IMG/VR virus record: IMGVR_UViG_3300020212_000062
Location: 1 to 45,052 of that record
From: a virus
Length of the DNA stretch: 45,052 nucleotides
Reading direction: 5' to 3' (one strand)
Shown here one piece after another: positions 24,849 through 32,860 of the stretch. Both the position numbers and the translations under genes were made by a program. Every line of letters starts with the position of its first letter. The first letter of the stretch is position 1. The notes beneath the pieces were generated by a model. That model ran no database searches. It was not told the origin of the DNA and was given only the letters and a program-made list of their open reading frames with translations.

Positions 24849-26396
24849 CTAGAATCCTTCGGTTCCTGCGGGTCCGCGGCGAACTGTACGCGATCGCGGT
24901 TTGGGGGTTCGGGTGCGGCTGGCCGCATCCCTGGTTTCGCGCTTCTCGCTCAGGGCGCCCGGCGCGGCGGTGCCCTCGCTGGTCAGGCCCATGCGGGTGC
25001 CGGCGCTGGCCACCTGCGGGATGTGGGTAAGCGGGAAGGTCCGCAGCCACATGAGGAACTGGCTCACGCTGTCCACCTGGTCGTCGTGCACGCCCTTGGT
25101 GGGGAAGCTGGTCAGCTCGTTTTCAAAGTCCAGCAGCCAGGTGGCGCGGGTCGGGAGCCACATGCGGCCGGCTTCCATCAACAGGGTGGCGCTGACAGCG
25201 CGCGTCACCTTGTTGCCGTCCGGTTCCACGGGTTTCACGGGCAGCTTTGTGCTGGCGCGTAGATCCTGGATCAGGGACGTGCCGCTGGCCTTGTCCTCGA
25301 TCAGCACCACGTCGGCGCCCCACTTGTCGTACAGGTCCGTGGCGGCTTTCTTCAGCTCGGGGTACGTCATGCGCTCGCGCACGACGTCGACCAGGTAGGC
25401 GTTGCCCGTCTCATGGACGGCCCACACCGTGCCCACGCTGTAGTCGTTTACCTCGTTATCTTTCTGCGCCGTGTCCCAGCTGTGCACCCAAGCCACGATC
25501 TTGCCCGGCGGCAGCGCCAGGCGGCGCTCCAGGGGCGTGGCGTCGGGCTCATCGATGGCGTACCGCTTCCACCATTTCGACTTGATGACGCCGCCCTCCT
25601 GGGTGGCGTACCAATCGCCGTTCAACCACGCGGCCACCAGCCAGGACGGGCCCGAGCCGCGTAGGCGGCGCATGTACCCCGGATCGTTGGCCAGCAGCGC
25701 CTGGTTGTCGGTCAGCCGGCTGGGGATGTAGACGCGCACGCGGCCCGTTTCGGGGTCGCGCCACGGGACCATAGGCTGGCGGTTGCGTATGTACCGATCA
25801 ACGATCCAGGGCTGGCCAGGACCGCCCGGGTTGGCCGTCATAATCTCCCGGATGGGCACGCCGTTGCGATCGCGCAGGGTGGCAGACAGCTTGTCCAGCG
25901 GCCGCACGTCGGGGAAGTTGCCGCCCTCATCCTTGCCCAGCCAGTTGTAGCTGTGGCCCTGGTACCGGCTCGCGTCTTCGTCGCGCTTCAGGTAGCGCAT
26001 TTTCAGGAAGCCGCCCCACGGGAAACGCCAGGTGTAGCGGCCCGCCTGCCACTTCGCGCCCAAGGGCAGGAACAGCTCCTGGCTGCGCGCCACCACTTCG
26101 TCCAGCTCATCGTAGGTACGGCGGATCAGCATCCCGCGGAAGTGCGGCGCGTAGGCCTGGCTGTAAATGCCGGCATCGCCCAGGAGCGCGTCTGTCTTGC
26201 CGCCGCCGCGCGCGCCGCCGAACAGGATATCGTCGGCCGGACACGCGATCAGGAGCGTCTGCGGGCCAGCCTGCGGACGCCACACCAGGTTTACGGGGAA
26301 GCCGCCGGCCTGCAGCTCGGCGGCGGTGCCGGTTAGCCCGCCTTTCCGGCGCGCGCTTGCTGTTCGTGCCATACCTTCTCTGCCTGCTCCTGCCAT
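24849..26396 (-). CDS. terL: Terminase large subunit
   Basis: Walker A GGARGGGKT and Walker B-like NWLGKDEGG. ~510 aa. The start is ambiguous between the ATGs at 26396 and 26372; both overlap the end of terS. Confidence 0.85.
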   Translation of the reverse strand: MAGAGREGMARTASARRKGGLTGTAAELQAGGFPVNLVWRPQAGPQTLLIACPADDILFGGARGGGKTDALLGDAGIYSQAYAPHFRGMLIRRTYDELDEVVARSQELFLPLGAKWQAGRYTWRFPWGGFLKMRYLKRDEDASRYQGHSYNWLGKDEGGNFPDVRPLDKLSATLRDRNGVPIREIMTANPGGPGQPWIVDRYIRNRQPMVPWRDPETGRVRVYIPSRLTDNQALLANDPGYMRRLRGSGPSWLVAAWLNGDWYATQEGGVIKSKWWKRYAIDEPDATPLERRLALPPGKIVAWVHSWDTAQKDNEVNDYSVGTVWAVHETGNAYLVDVVRERMTYPELKKAATDLYDKWGADVVLIEDKASGTSLIQDLRASTKLPVKPVEPDGNKVTRAVSATLLMEAGRMWLPTRATWLLDFENELTSFPTKGVHDDQVDSVSQFLMWLRTFPLTHIPQVASAGTRMGLTSEGTAAPGALSEKRETRDAASRTRTPKPRSRTVRRGPAGTEGF

Positions 26397-26890
26397 GCGC
26401 CCAGGTCGACCGTGGGACGCATGGGCAGCGTCCAGTGCCCCGGCGGTACGCCGTCGCCACCTTCGCCCAGCGGCACGCCCGTTTCCGGGTTGACCTTGGC
26501 GAAGTTGCCCCAGCCCATCAACCGGCCTTGCTGGCCGATCAGGCGCTGGACCTCACGCATGCACTTCACGTCGCCTTTGATGGCGCCAAGCATTGCCCTG
26601 GCCAGTACCTTCTCCAGGCGGGCATAGGCCAGCGCGCGCAGGCGGTCGCTGGCCTCTTTCTGTTCTTCGTCCAGCTCCTGCAGGGCGTGCGTCAGGTGGG
26701 TGTGCACCACCGACTTGCTGCGGTTCACGCGGGCCGCGATTTCATCAAGGGTCAGCCCCAGCGTGCGGTACGCCAGGATTTCGCTGCGCAGCTGTGCGGC
26801 CTCGGCGTAGCGCGGCTGTGCGGTACGCCTGGAACGCTTCGCCCCCGGCTTGGCCGGGGGCGTCTTCGGGGTCTTTCCCTTGCTTGGCAT
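26333..26890 (-). CDS. terS: Terminase small subunit (HTH DNA-binding)
   Basis: ATG at 26890 (MPSKGKTPKTPPAKPGAKRS...). HTH LGLTLDEIAARVNRSKSVVHTHLTHA. Located immediately upstream of terL. Confidence 0.65.
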   Translation of the reverse strand: MPSKGKTPKTPPAKPGAKRSRRTAQPRYAEAAQLRSEILAYRTLGLTLDEIAARVNRSKSVVHTHLTHALQELDEEQKEASDRLRALAYARLEKVLARAMLGAIKGDVKCMREVQRLIGQQGRLMGWGNFAKVNPETGVPLGEGGDGVPPGHWTLPMRPTVDLGAWQEQAEKVWHEQQARAGKAG

Positions 26891-26891
26891 G

Positions 26892-27191
26892 TCAGCCCTG
26901 GTCGTGGTCGGTAGCGGCCGGATCCTGCACCACGGTGCGCAGGTTGATTGCCTCGCGCAATGCCCACTCATCCAGGCGCTTTCCGCGGTCGACCACCTCC
27001 GCATCACCGATGGCCTGCAACACGATAGCCGCATCCTCGCGCACCGTCAGCGGGTGGTCGCGGCCCTCCAGGGCAACGCTGGCGCGCGCTGCATTGCCGT
27101 CGCGCACCTGCAGCCTGGTGATGGTCACCACGCGATCGGCGCGGACGTGGACCTCATCCCCGTTGGAGTTGGTCAGAACGATGAAAGCCAT
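26892..27191 (-). CDS. Hypothetical protein (99 aa)
   Basis: GGGAGGA ribosome-binding site. MAFIVLTNSNGDEVHVRADRVV... Confidence 0.6.
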   Translation of the reverse strand: MAFIVLTNSNGDEVHVRADRVVTITRLQVRDGNAARASVALEGRDHPLTVREDAAIVLQAIGDAEVVDRGKRLDEWALREAINLRTVVQDPAATDHDQG

Positions 27192-27194
27192 AGG

Positions 27195-27485
27195 TCAGTC
27201 CTCCCGCCAGCCGCCGGCGGTCATGCCGGCATGTGAAAAGTCCACGATGGTGTCGCCATCCAGGTGAACGTCGATCGTGCTGGTGCCGTCGTCGCCTGGG
27301 TTGATGTAAACCTGCTCGACCGGCAGATACTCGCCGCCGATGTTGACCAGGTCGCCAACGCGCGGCACCACGTCCAGGGTGATGTGCTGGGCCCAATCCA
27401 TGCCATCCAGCATCTGCTCGCCCGGCTTCTTCTCCCGGTCAGCTGGCCAGGCGGTTTGCGCCGTGAACTTGATGGATTTCAGCAT
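27195..27485 (-). CDS. Hypothetical protein (96 aa)
   Basis: AGGA ribosome-binding site. MLKSIKFTAQTAWPADREKKPGE... Confidence 0.6.
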   Translation of the reverse strand: MLKSIKFTAQTAWPADREKKPGEQMLDGMDWAQHITLDVVPRVGDLVNIGGEYLPVEQVYINPGDDGTSTIDVHLDGDTIVDFSHAGMTAGGWRED

Positions 27486-27489
27486 GGCA

Positions 27490-28191
27490 TCAATCCTGCG
27501 GGTCGCTGTGGACCACGCCCGAGTCGCCCAGGTCGAGCCCCGGCTGCTGCAGGTCGGCCTGCGGCTGCTGGATTTCGTCGGCGGCGTTCAGCTCGCCGGC
27601 CAGCACCAGGATGACCTGCTGCTGTACCGACTCGGTCAGGTTCTCATCGATCAGGTGGGCGGGGATGGCCAGCACGGCCTTGGCGCCTTTCTTGATCGTG
27701 ATCTGCTCCAGGGTGGCCACGATGTGGTGCGTGCCGCGGGCGGCCAGCTCGCGCACGGTCAGGCGGGCGACCTCGCGCACGCGCTGGGTGGCGCGCTCCA
27801 GGATGGTTTCCTGCTGGTCCTCGGTCAGGGTCTGCCACGGCTTCGACAGCGCGCGCAGCTCCTGCACCACCACGTCCATCAAGCCGTCGCCCAGCACCAG
27901 CTCGGCCTTGGGGGCAACGGTGGCCAGCAGGTTGCGCTGGTCGTCGCGGGCGGCGGCGTCGATCGCGGCCTGGTCCAGCTTGTCGAACGCCTGGATGCAG
28001 TAGCCGCGGCGCTCCACGTCGCTGGCCGCGTTCCAGGCTGCAGGCACCTGGGATTCGTCCAGGCCAGGGAATGCCTGGTGGTACAGCTTCACCGCGTGTT
28101 CGGCGATCAGCTCGCCGGCGGAGATTACCCGGCCGCTGGCCAGGGTGAACTCGGGTTCCATGCCAGCGTAGCCGGCGTAAGTGGGCGACAT
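27490..28191 (-). CDS. Hypothetical protein (233 aa)
   Basis: GGAG ribosome-binding site. Acidic, protein-like composition. No motif recognised. Confidence 0.6.
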   Translation of the reverse strand: MSPTYAGYAGMEPEFTLASGRVISAGELIAEHAVKLYHQAFPGLDESQVPAAWNAASDVERRGYCIQAFDKLDQAAIDAAARDDQRNLLATVAPKAELVLGDGLMDVVVQELRALSKPWQTLTEDQQETILERATQRVREVARLTVRELAARGTHHIVATLEQITIKKGAKAVLAIPAHLIDENLTESVQQQVILVLAGELNAADEIQQPQADLQQPGLDLGDSGVVHSDPQD

Positions 28192-28318
28192 GCGTTTTTC
28201 TCCAGTAAGGGTGTTGGTGTTCGGGGGATTCGTGTTTCGTCCCGCTTTTCCCCCGTGCCCAGCTCGGGCGTGGTCACTGTATCAGCTCGCTTATCGCTGT
28301 AGCAATGACGCCGGGGTG

Positions 28319-29068
28319 TCAGACGGGTGGCAATCGCTCGCAGGCCTTGCCGGTCATGGCCTCCCACACCGTCACCATTGAGTCGCACAGGTGCGCGTCG
28401 TCGGTGATGATGAACAGCGGGCCGGCGGATTTCGTCCTGGCCAGGGCGGTGATGATGGCCGATGCAATGTCCAGAACGGGTGCCCCGGGTTGTCCTGCAG
28501 TTACCGCCAGGCGGTGCGCGTCGTCGTCAATGTCGCCACACAGCAGCCGGTGCTGGCCCAGGGCGATGATTTCGCCCCACACCGTGGTGGGCTCCTCGGG
28601 CTTGCTCTTGCCGCCACCGTCGCCACCGTCGCCGGTACCGAGCTGGGGCTGCAGCTCCTGCAGGAACTCCAGCAGCGGCTCGTTGGTCGCTTCGACCTGG
28701 GCCAGCAGCTCGTTGAGCAAGTCGGCGTCGGTACCGGCCATTGCAGCGATCGGGTCGAGGGTGGCCAGCGCAATGCGCTCCTCGTTCTCGGTCAGCTCGA
28801 CGTACACCACGGGGATGGTGGGCTCGTTGCGCCGCAGGGCGCGGCTGACCCGCAGGTGGCCATCAACGACGTGGCCGGTAGTGCGGTTGACGATCACGCG
28901 CTGGATCCAGCCGATTTCGTCCAGGGCGCCGTCGATCGCGCGGCCCTGCTCGGTGCTGTGCACTCGGAAGTTGTAGGGGTTGGCCAACAGGTCGGCCGGG
29001 GAGATTTCCCCCTCCCCAACGATCCGCGATCGCCAGGTGTCAGGGGTGGGCTTCTTCTTACGGGGCAT
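28319..29068 (-). CDS. ParB-like nuclease domain protein fused to a degenerate (internally deleted) DNA methyltransferase remnant
   Basis: The N-terminal half, NPYNFRVHSTEQGRAIDGALDEIGWIQRVIVNRTTGHVVDGHLRV, is ParBc-like. The C-terminal half keeps GQHRLLCGD and ...VLD...DDAHLCDSMVTVWEAMTGKA, which are flanks of ParB-methylase fusions. It has no DPPY motif and no FGGSGT-type SAM loop. Confidence 0.6.
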   Translation of the reverse strand: MPRKKKPTPDTWRSRIVGEGEISPADLLANPYNFRVHSTEQGRAIDGALDEIGWIQRVIVNRTTGHVVDGHLRVSRALRRNEPTIPVVYVELTENEERIALATLDPIAAMAGTDADLLNELLAQVEATNEPLLEFLQELQPQLGTGDGGDGGGKSKPEEPTTVWGEIIALGQHRLLCGDIDDDAHRLAVTAGQPGAPVLDIASAIITALARTKSAGPLFIITDDAHLCDSMVTVWEAMTGKACERLPPV

Positions 29069-29260
29069 GGGTCCGCGCTCCAGGTGGGTGGCGCGCGCAG
29101 TGTACGCCCAGGGCTGGGCTGTTCGCGGAATGGCCGGAATGCGTCACTGAACAGGCGCGGAGCGTCCACAAAAATCGAAAAAGCGTGTGTGGGTGGCGCG
29201 GATCCGGCCGAGCCGAGCCTGGCTCTGCTCATAGTCGACTCGGCTCAACCCTGGAAAGAA

Positions 29261-29293
29261 GAAGGCCCCGACCAGGGGGTGGTCGGGGCCTTC
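29261..29293 (-). terminator. 13-bp-stem hairpin followed on the minus strand by TTCTTTCC (terminator-like)
   Basis: gaaggccccgacc-aggggg t-ggtcggggccttc, with a perfect stem. Confidence 0.45.
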
Positions 29294-29370
29294 GGGGGGC
29301 GGATAGCTGGCTCGACAGGATCCGCGGGTGGCCAGGGGATTGGCCTGTGCTGTGGAAGGGCACGGGGCGA

Positions 29371-29409
29371 TCCTAAAACGAAAAACCCCCGGGGTGCAAT
29401 CCCCGGGGG
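29371..29409 (-). terminator. Rho-independent terminator downstream of the lysis cassette
   Basis: Minus strand: CCCCCGGGG-attgca-CCCCGGGGG followed by TTTTTCGTTTT. Confidence 0.75.
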
Positions 29410-29672
29410 TAGTCGGCCTGTGCCTTGGGCCGCAGGGTGGCACCCCTTTGGCTTGGTCCCGGTCGCCCCCGGGTCCGCGGCTCCTATCGCTCACTGGAGA
29501 GTGAGTGGAACCTGGCTGTCAGCTTCCCATGTACCGCCAGCCAGTTGTTGCTCGAAAGGTTCGCGCGCCACTTGATGCCGCCGAGTGTCCCGGTTTGTCC
29601 CTGTCCGCAATGCTGAGTTGCGGGGCGGCGGTGACCCGTTTTTTTCTGCCCGGGTGAACCTTGGGCCGAATC

Positions 29673-30062
29673 CTACGGGGGCGTGCCGGCGTCGTCAATC
29701 GCGGCCTGCAGCGCGCGCCTGGTGCGCAGGCATCGCCACTGGTACCAGCTGCAGCTCGGCAGGCGCGATTGCTCGATGCGGAGCGTGGCGGCGTTGACGA
29801 ACCGGCGAATGCGGCGCTTGTCGTCATTCTGCAGCCAGTTGGTGTCCTCCAGGGCGATGGCCAGGCCGAACAGCTGTTCGCCGTCCTTCGCGTCTTCAGT
29901 CCTGGTCACCACTCCCTGGGGCTCGCGCTCCCTGGTCAGCTGCTCCACGCCCAGCCGCACCAGTTGCAAGTCGGTCGCGGGCTTCACGTCGCTGGCGGGC
30001 AAGCTCGCGCAGCTGCACAGGAATGTCAGCGCGCATCCAATGATCCAGGCTCGGGTTTTCAC
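29673..30062 (-). CDS. o-spanin (outer-membrane lipoprotein), overlapped with the i-spanin gene
   Basis: GTG at 30060-30062 lies inside the i-spanin gene in another frame. VKTRAWIIGCALTFLCSCAS is a signal peptide plus a lipobox-like LCSC. The gene extends 223 nt past the i-spanin stop. Confidence 0.55.
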   Translation of the reverse strand: MKTRAWIIGCALTFLCSCASLPASDVKPATDLQLVRLGVEQLTREREPQGVVTRTEDAKDGEQLFGLAIALEDTNWLQNDDKRRIRRFVNAATLRIEQSRLPSCSWYQWRCLRTRRALQAAIDDAGTPP

Positions 30063-30342
30063 GGCGCAGCTTCTCCAGGTCGCGGGCCATCTGCGCGGTG
30101 TCGGCGGTGATGCGGACCTCCACGCGCTGGCGGTCGGTGGTGGTGGTGGCCAGGTCATCGGCGATCGCGCCGGCGGCCGCGGCGGTGTTGTCGCGCTGCT
30201 CGATGCGCTCGGCACCGGTGCGGGCGTCCTCGCGCCAGGTGCGGATCTGCAGCCAGGTGGCCACCAGGACGATGGCCAGCAGCAGGTAGATGGCCAGGCG
30301 GGCGGCGTTGCGGGCGGCCCAGCTCTGCGGGGTATCGATCAC
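29896..30342 (-). CDS. i-spanin (Rz-like)
   Basis: N-terminal transmembrane helix AARLAIYLLLAIVLVATWL followed by a charged helical periplasmic domain. Located after the holin and endolysin genes. Confidence 0.65.
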   Translation of the reverse strand: MIDTPQSWAARNAARLAIYLLLAIVLVATWLQIRTWREDARTGAERIEQRDNTAAAAGAIADDLATTTTDRQRVEVRITADTAQMARDLEKLRRENPSLDHWMRADIPVQLRELARQRREARDRLATGAAGRGAADQGARAPGSGDQD

Positions 30343-30767
30343 GGCAGCGGCCCCTGCGGGCCGGCCATCGGCTTGCGGCTGCGGCGCGGGCGGAAGCTAT
30401 CGCGCAGCGCGCGCCACTCGCCGCGGATCCGGGCGCGCAGGCCCTGGTCGCGCCATTCGTGGGTGCGGCGGTGCACGCCCAGGATGAAGTCCCACCACGG
30501 CGGCATGCCCGGGGTCGTCAACCACACCAGCGCCCAGGACCAGGCCAGGCCTGCAGTGCGCCAGGTTGCGCTCGGGTACGCCCATCCATCCTTGGTGAAC
30601 GGCATGGCCAGCATGATGATGCCCATGCCCCCCACGCCGATCATGCCCAGGCGCCGGACGTGGTCAGTTGTGGCCCATTGCGCGCGGTCCATGTCAGCCA
30701 GGCGCGCAACGGCGGTGATGAACAGGATTACCCACGCGGGGGCAGCGATCAGATACCAGGAATTCAT
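30339..30767 (-). CDS. Membrane protein of the lysis cassette (holin/antiholin candidate)
   Basis: 142 aa with three hydrophobic helices. ATGA overlaps on both sides. Confidence 0.55.
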   Translation of the reverse strand: MNSWYLIAAPAWVILFITAVARLADMDRAQWATTDHVRRLGMIGVGGMGIIMLAMPFTKDGWAYPSATWRTAGLAWSWALVWLTTPGMPPWWDFILGVHRRTHEWRDQGLRARIRGEWRALRDSFRPRRSRKPMAGPQGPLP

Positions 30768-31243
30768 GGGCGGGGGCCCTCATCGTCGGACGGGGCATTC
30801 TGCCCCGGGTTGGCGGGGGTTGGCGTGCGCTTGCGCATCCAGGGGATGAAATCGGACAGCTTCAGGTCAGCCGTGAACTGGCCCTGCGCCCATTTCTTGA
30901 TCGGGTCGAACAGGTAATACACCGCGATCGCGGTCAACCCGGTGACGGCGCCCTCTGCGGCCTGGACGTCCCAATGCCAGCCGGTGATCGCCGGCACGCC
31001 GCCCACCAGCAGGCTGGCCATGACGATGGTGGACAGGGAGCGGATGACCAGGCGCCCGCCTGGCCGCGGCGGGTTGTTGTCGTAGCCCAGGGCGGCCAGC
31101 GTGCCCAGGGCGGCGCCCACGATCGTGGTTGCTCCCACGCCGATCACGGGCACCGTCATGTCGTTGGACAGGCTGGACAGGAACGCCGGCACGCCGGCGA
31201 TCACCGTCACCGCGATGCCGGCGGCTTTCTCCGCGGCCATCAC
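30764..31243 (-). CDS. Holin candidate (multi-pass membrane protein)
   Basis: 159 aa with about four hydrophobic helices and a charged C-terminus. Located directly downstream of the endolysin gene. Confidence 0.6.
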   Translation of the reverse strand: MMAAEKAAGIAVTVIAGVPAFLSSLSNDMTVPVIGVGATTIVGAALGTLAALGYDNNPPRPGGRLVIRSLSTIVMASLLVGGVPAITGWHWDVQAAEGAVTGLTAIAVYYLFDPIKKWAQGQFTADLKLSDFIPWMRKRTPTPANPGQNAPSDDEGPRP

Positions 31244-31719
31244 CGGGCGACCGCCTGCAGCTCAAAATGCGGGCCATCCAGGAACGCCTTACGGCCTGCG
31301 CGCTTGCGCTCGGCGGTGTAGGCCTGGCGCGCGGCCAGGATCTGCGCCGGGCTGGCCAGCTGGTTGAGATTGAACCACCCGCCGCCCCACCGGATCTGTA
31401 CGCCCAGCTGGATGGCCGCGCGGCGCATGGCGTCGGCGATCACGTCGTAACGCTCCCAGGGATCCCATGCCACCTTGCCATTCACCCAGGCGGCCAGGTC
31501 GACGGCGTGGCCGTAGCCGTCGCCCTGCACCAGGTGCTTGCTGTCCATCGTCTGGCTGGAGCCCTTGGCCACGTTCGCTTTCTGCGCCGCCAGGCTGCGC
31601 ACGCCCTCCAGGACGGTGAAGTCCTGGGCGGACAGGGTGATGGCCAGCTGCACCACCTGGACCAGGCGCGGGTGCACGCCCTTCAGGTTGGCCAGCGATC
31701 GTGAACCGAGTTGATACAT
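31240..31719 (-). CDS. Endolysin, L-alanyl-D-glutamate peptidase (M15 / VanY-like, T5-type)
   Basis: MYQLGSRSLANLKGVHPRLVQVV...DFTVLEGVRS...SKHLVQGDGYGHAVDLA...GKVAWD...DGPHFEL aligns with the T5 endolysin pattern, including the metal ligands. An alternative upstream ATG is at 31749. Confidence 0.85.
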   Translation of the reverse strand: MYQLGSRSLANLKGVHPRLVQVVQLAITLSAQDFTVLEGVRSLAAQKANVAKGSSQTMDSKHLVQGDGYGHAVDLAAWVNGKVAWDPWERYDVIADAMRRAAIQLGVQIRWGGGWFNLNQLASPAQILAARQAYTAERKRAGRKAFLDGPHFELQAVAR

Positions 31720-31723
31720 GGTG

Positions 31724-31749
31724 ATGCCCCCGTGTGGAATGGGGGGCAT
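31724..31749 (-). promoter_or_regulatory. Hairpin covering the endolysin ribosome-binding region
   Basis: Minus strand: ATGCCCCC-10 nt loop-GGGGGCAT. The 3' arm ends 4 nt before the ATG at 31719. Confidence 0.35.
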
Positions 31750-31772
31750 TGTTCACCGATTGGCCGCCGGCG

Positions 31773-32150
31773 TCAGGTGCGGGAACCCGCACGCTGCAGG
31801 CGCAGCTCGCGGTGCCCCATCGCGTCCAGGATTGTCTGGATCTGCCGGCGGCTCACGCCGTACAGGCACGACAGGGACAGAATGCTGCTCCCCGCCGTGA
31901 AGTCGCTCACGATCGCCGCATTGCGCAGGTCGATCAGGAAATTACGCTCGGCCGGCAGGTCGAGCTCGGTGCTGCCGTAGCGCCTGGCCAGCTTCTGCGC
32001 CGACTCCAGCCCAACGACAAAGGCCAGGGGGTGGTCCTGGCCCAGGGATTCGGGAACCTTGATGCGTCGACCACCCCAGGCGCGCAGCAGCTCGATGGCG
32101 TGGTGGTGGCCGATCAGCTGCACCAGGTCATCCAGAATCGCGCTTGCCAT
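31773..32150 (-). CDS. mor: Mor/C-family transcriptional activator (late gene activator)
   Basis: ...LLRAWGGRRIKVPES... and ...RNAAIVSDFTAGSSILSLSCLYGVSRRQIQTIL fit the Mor family pattern (GGxxIYIP ... RNxxIxxDFxxGxSxxxLAxxYGxSxRxIYxI). Confidence 0.65.
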   Translation of the reverse strand: MASAILDDLVQLIGHHHAIELLRAWGGRRIKVPESLGQDHPLAFVVGLESAQKLARRYGSTELDLPAERNFLIDLRNAAIVSDFTAGSSILSLSCLYGVSRRQIQTILDAMGHRELRLQRAGSRT

Positions 32151-32168
32151 CGTTTCCCCTTCGCTTCA

Positions 32169-32594
32169 CTAAACCGCAGAAAGCCTATCACCTGTAGCGG
32201 ATTGCTGCAGGACAAAGGCCTGGACCTCGATAAGCTCCAGCTCGGTGCCGAACGTCTCGCGGAACTCCCGGCCGTTGTCATGCAGGTTCGGGCCCCAGCG
32301 CGCGCGGGCCTCCTCCTTCGACATGCCAAGGGCATGCAGCTGCTGGGTGCCAAAGTGGTGCCACAGACAGCACCCGTAGCCGTCCAGGTGGCCCATGCGC
32401 AGGTTTCCGCTCTTGCAGTGCTGGTAGGTGACCATTGGCAGCGGCATGCCGTCGTCGTCGTCGCCACCGCGCACGGCGTGCGCTGGGTCGATCAGGCCCA
32501 GCTGCACGCCGACCAGGCAGGGGATGCACACCCGGGTCTTGCACGCCTCCATGTGCGCCCATTCGCGCTTGCTGGCTCGCTTGCTGCCGATCAT
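32169..32594 (-). CDS. Ref-like RecA-dependent nuclease (HNH-related)
   Basis: CIPCLVG...QHCKSGNLRMGHLDGYGCCLWHHFG...ARARWGPNLHDNGREFRETFGTELELIE parallels P1 Ref (LPCIAC...HHIAGRT..G.H...LPLC.WHH...YPWL.P.H..GGKKEF...E.ELL). The ATG at 32594 forms an ATGA overlap. Confidence 0.5.
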   Translation of the reverse strand: MIGSKRASKREWAHMEACKTRVCIPCLVGVQLGLIDPAHAVRGGDDDDGMPLPMVTYQHCKSGNLRMGHLDGYGCCLWHHFGTQQLHALGMSKEEARARWGPNLHDNGREFRETFGTELELIEVQAFVLQQSATGDRLSAV

Positions 32595-32860
32595 ACGTCC
32601 CACCCTTCATGGCGCGCGGCCAGGCGGTGCAGCAGCTGTCGATCGACGCCCAGGTGATTGGCGATCGCCGTCACCTGGTGCGGCTGCAGTGAGCGCTTGC
32701 CGCGTGACTTCGACAGCCTGGCTCGGATGGTATCCGGCTTCATGCCAACCGCCTTGGCCAGGGCGGTGAGCGTGACGTCCTTTTGCCAGGCCGCCAGCTT
32801 GACCATGCCGGCGAACGTCTCCGGGTCGTATCCGTGCTGGCGGACGGGATCCAGCCTCAC
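32591..32860 (-). CDS. HTH DNA-binding protein
   Basis: GTGA overlap start at 32860. LTALAKAVGMKPDTIRARLS is helix-turn-helix-like. Confidence 0.5.
   Translation of the reverse strand: MRLDPVRQHGYDPETFAGMVKLAAWQKDVTLTALAKAVGMKPDTIRARLSKSRGKRSLQPHQVTAIANHLGVDRQLLHRLAARHEGWDV

Noticed and set aside
21812-25050. A Mu-like transposable phage lifestyle, suggested by the DUF935 portal, MuF, gpG-like, gp36/gp37-like and Mor-like genes
   Set aside because: I recognised no Mu A/B-type transposase, no c repressor/Ner pair and no host-DNA flanks. The genome closes on itself, and its replication module is lambdoid (an O-like initiator with iterons).
29290-29345. A tRNA or other small RNA gene in the long spacer. 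The stretch gggcggatagctggctcgacagg vaguely resembles a D-arm, and ORFs 29144..29494 (-), 29185..29376 (+) and 29425..29616 (+) lie here.
   Set aside because: I could not fold a cloverleaf: there is no GTTCRANYC T-loop and no matching acceptor stem. The three ORFs have R/G/P-rich junk-like translations, no ribosome-binding sites, and they span terminator hairpins.
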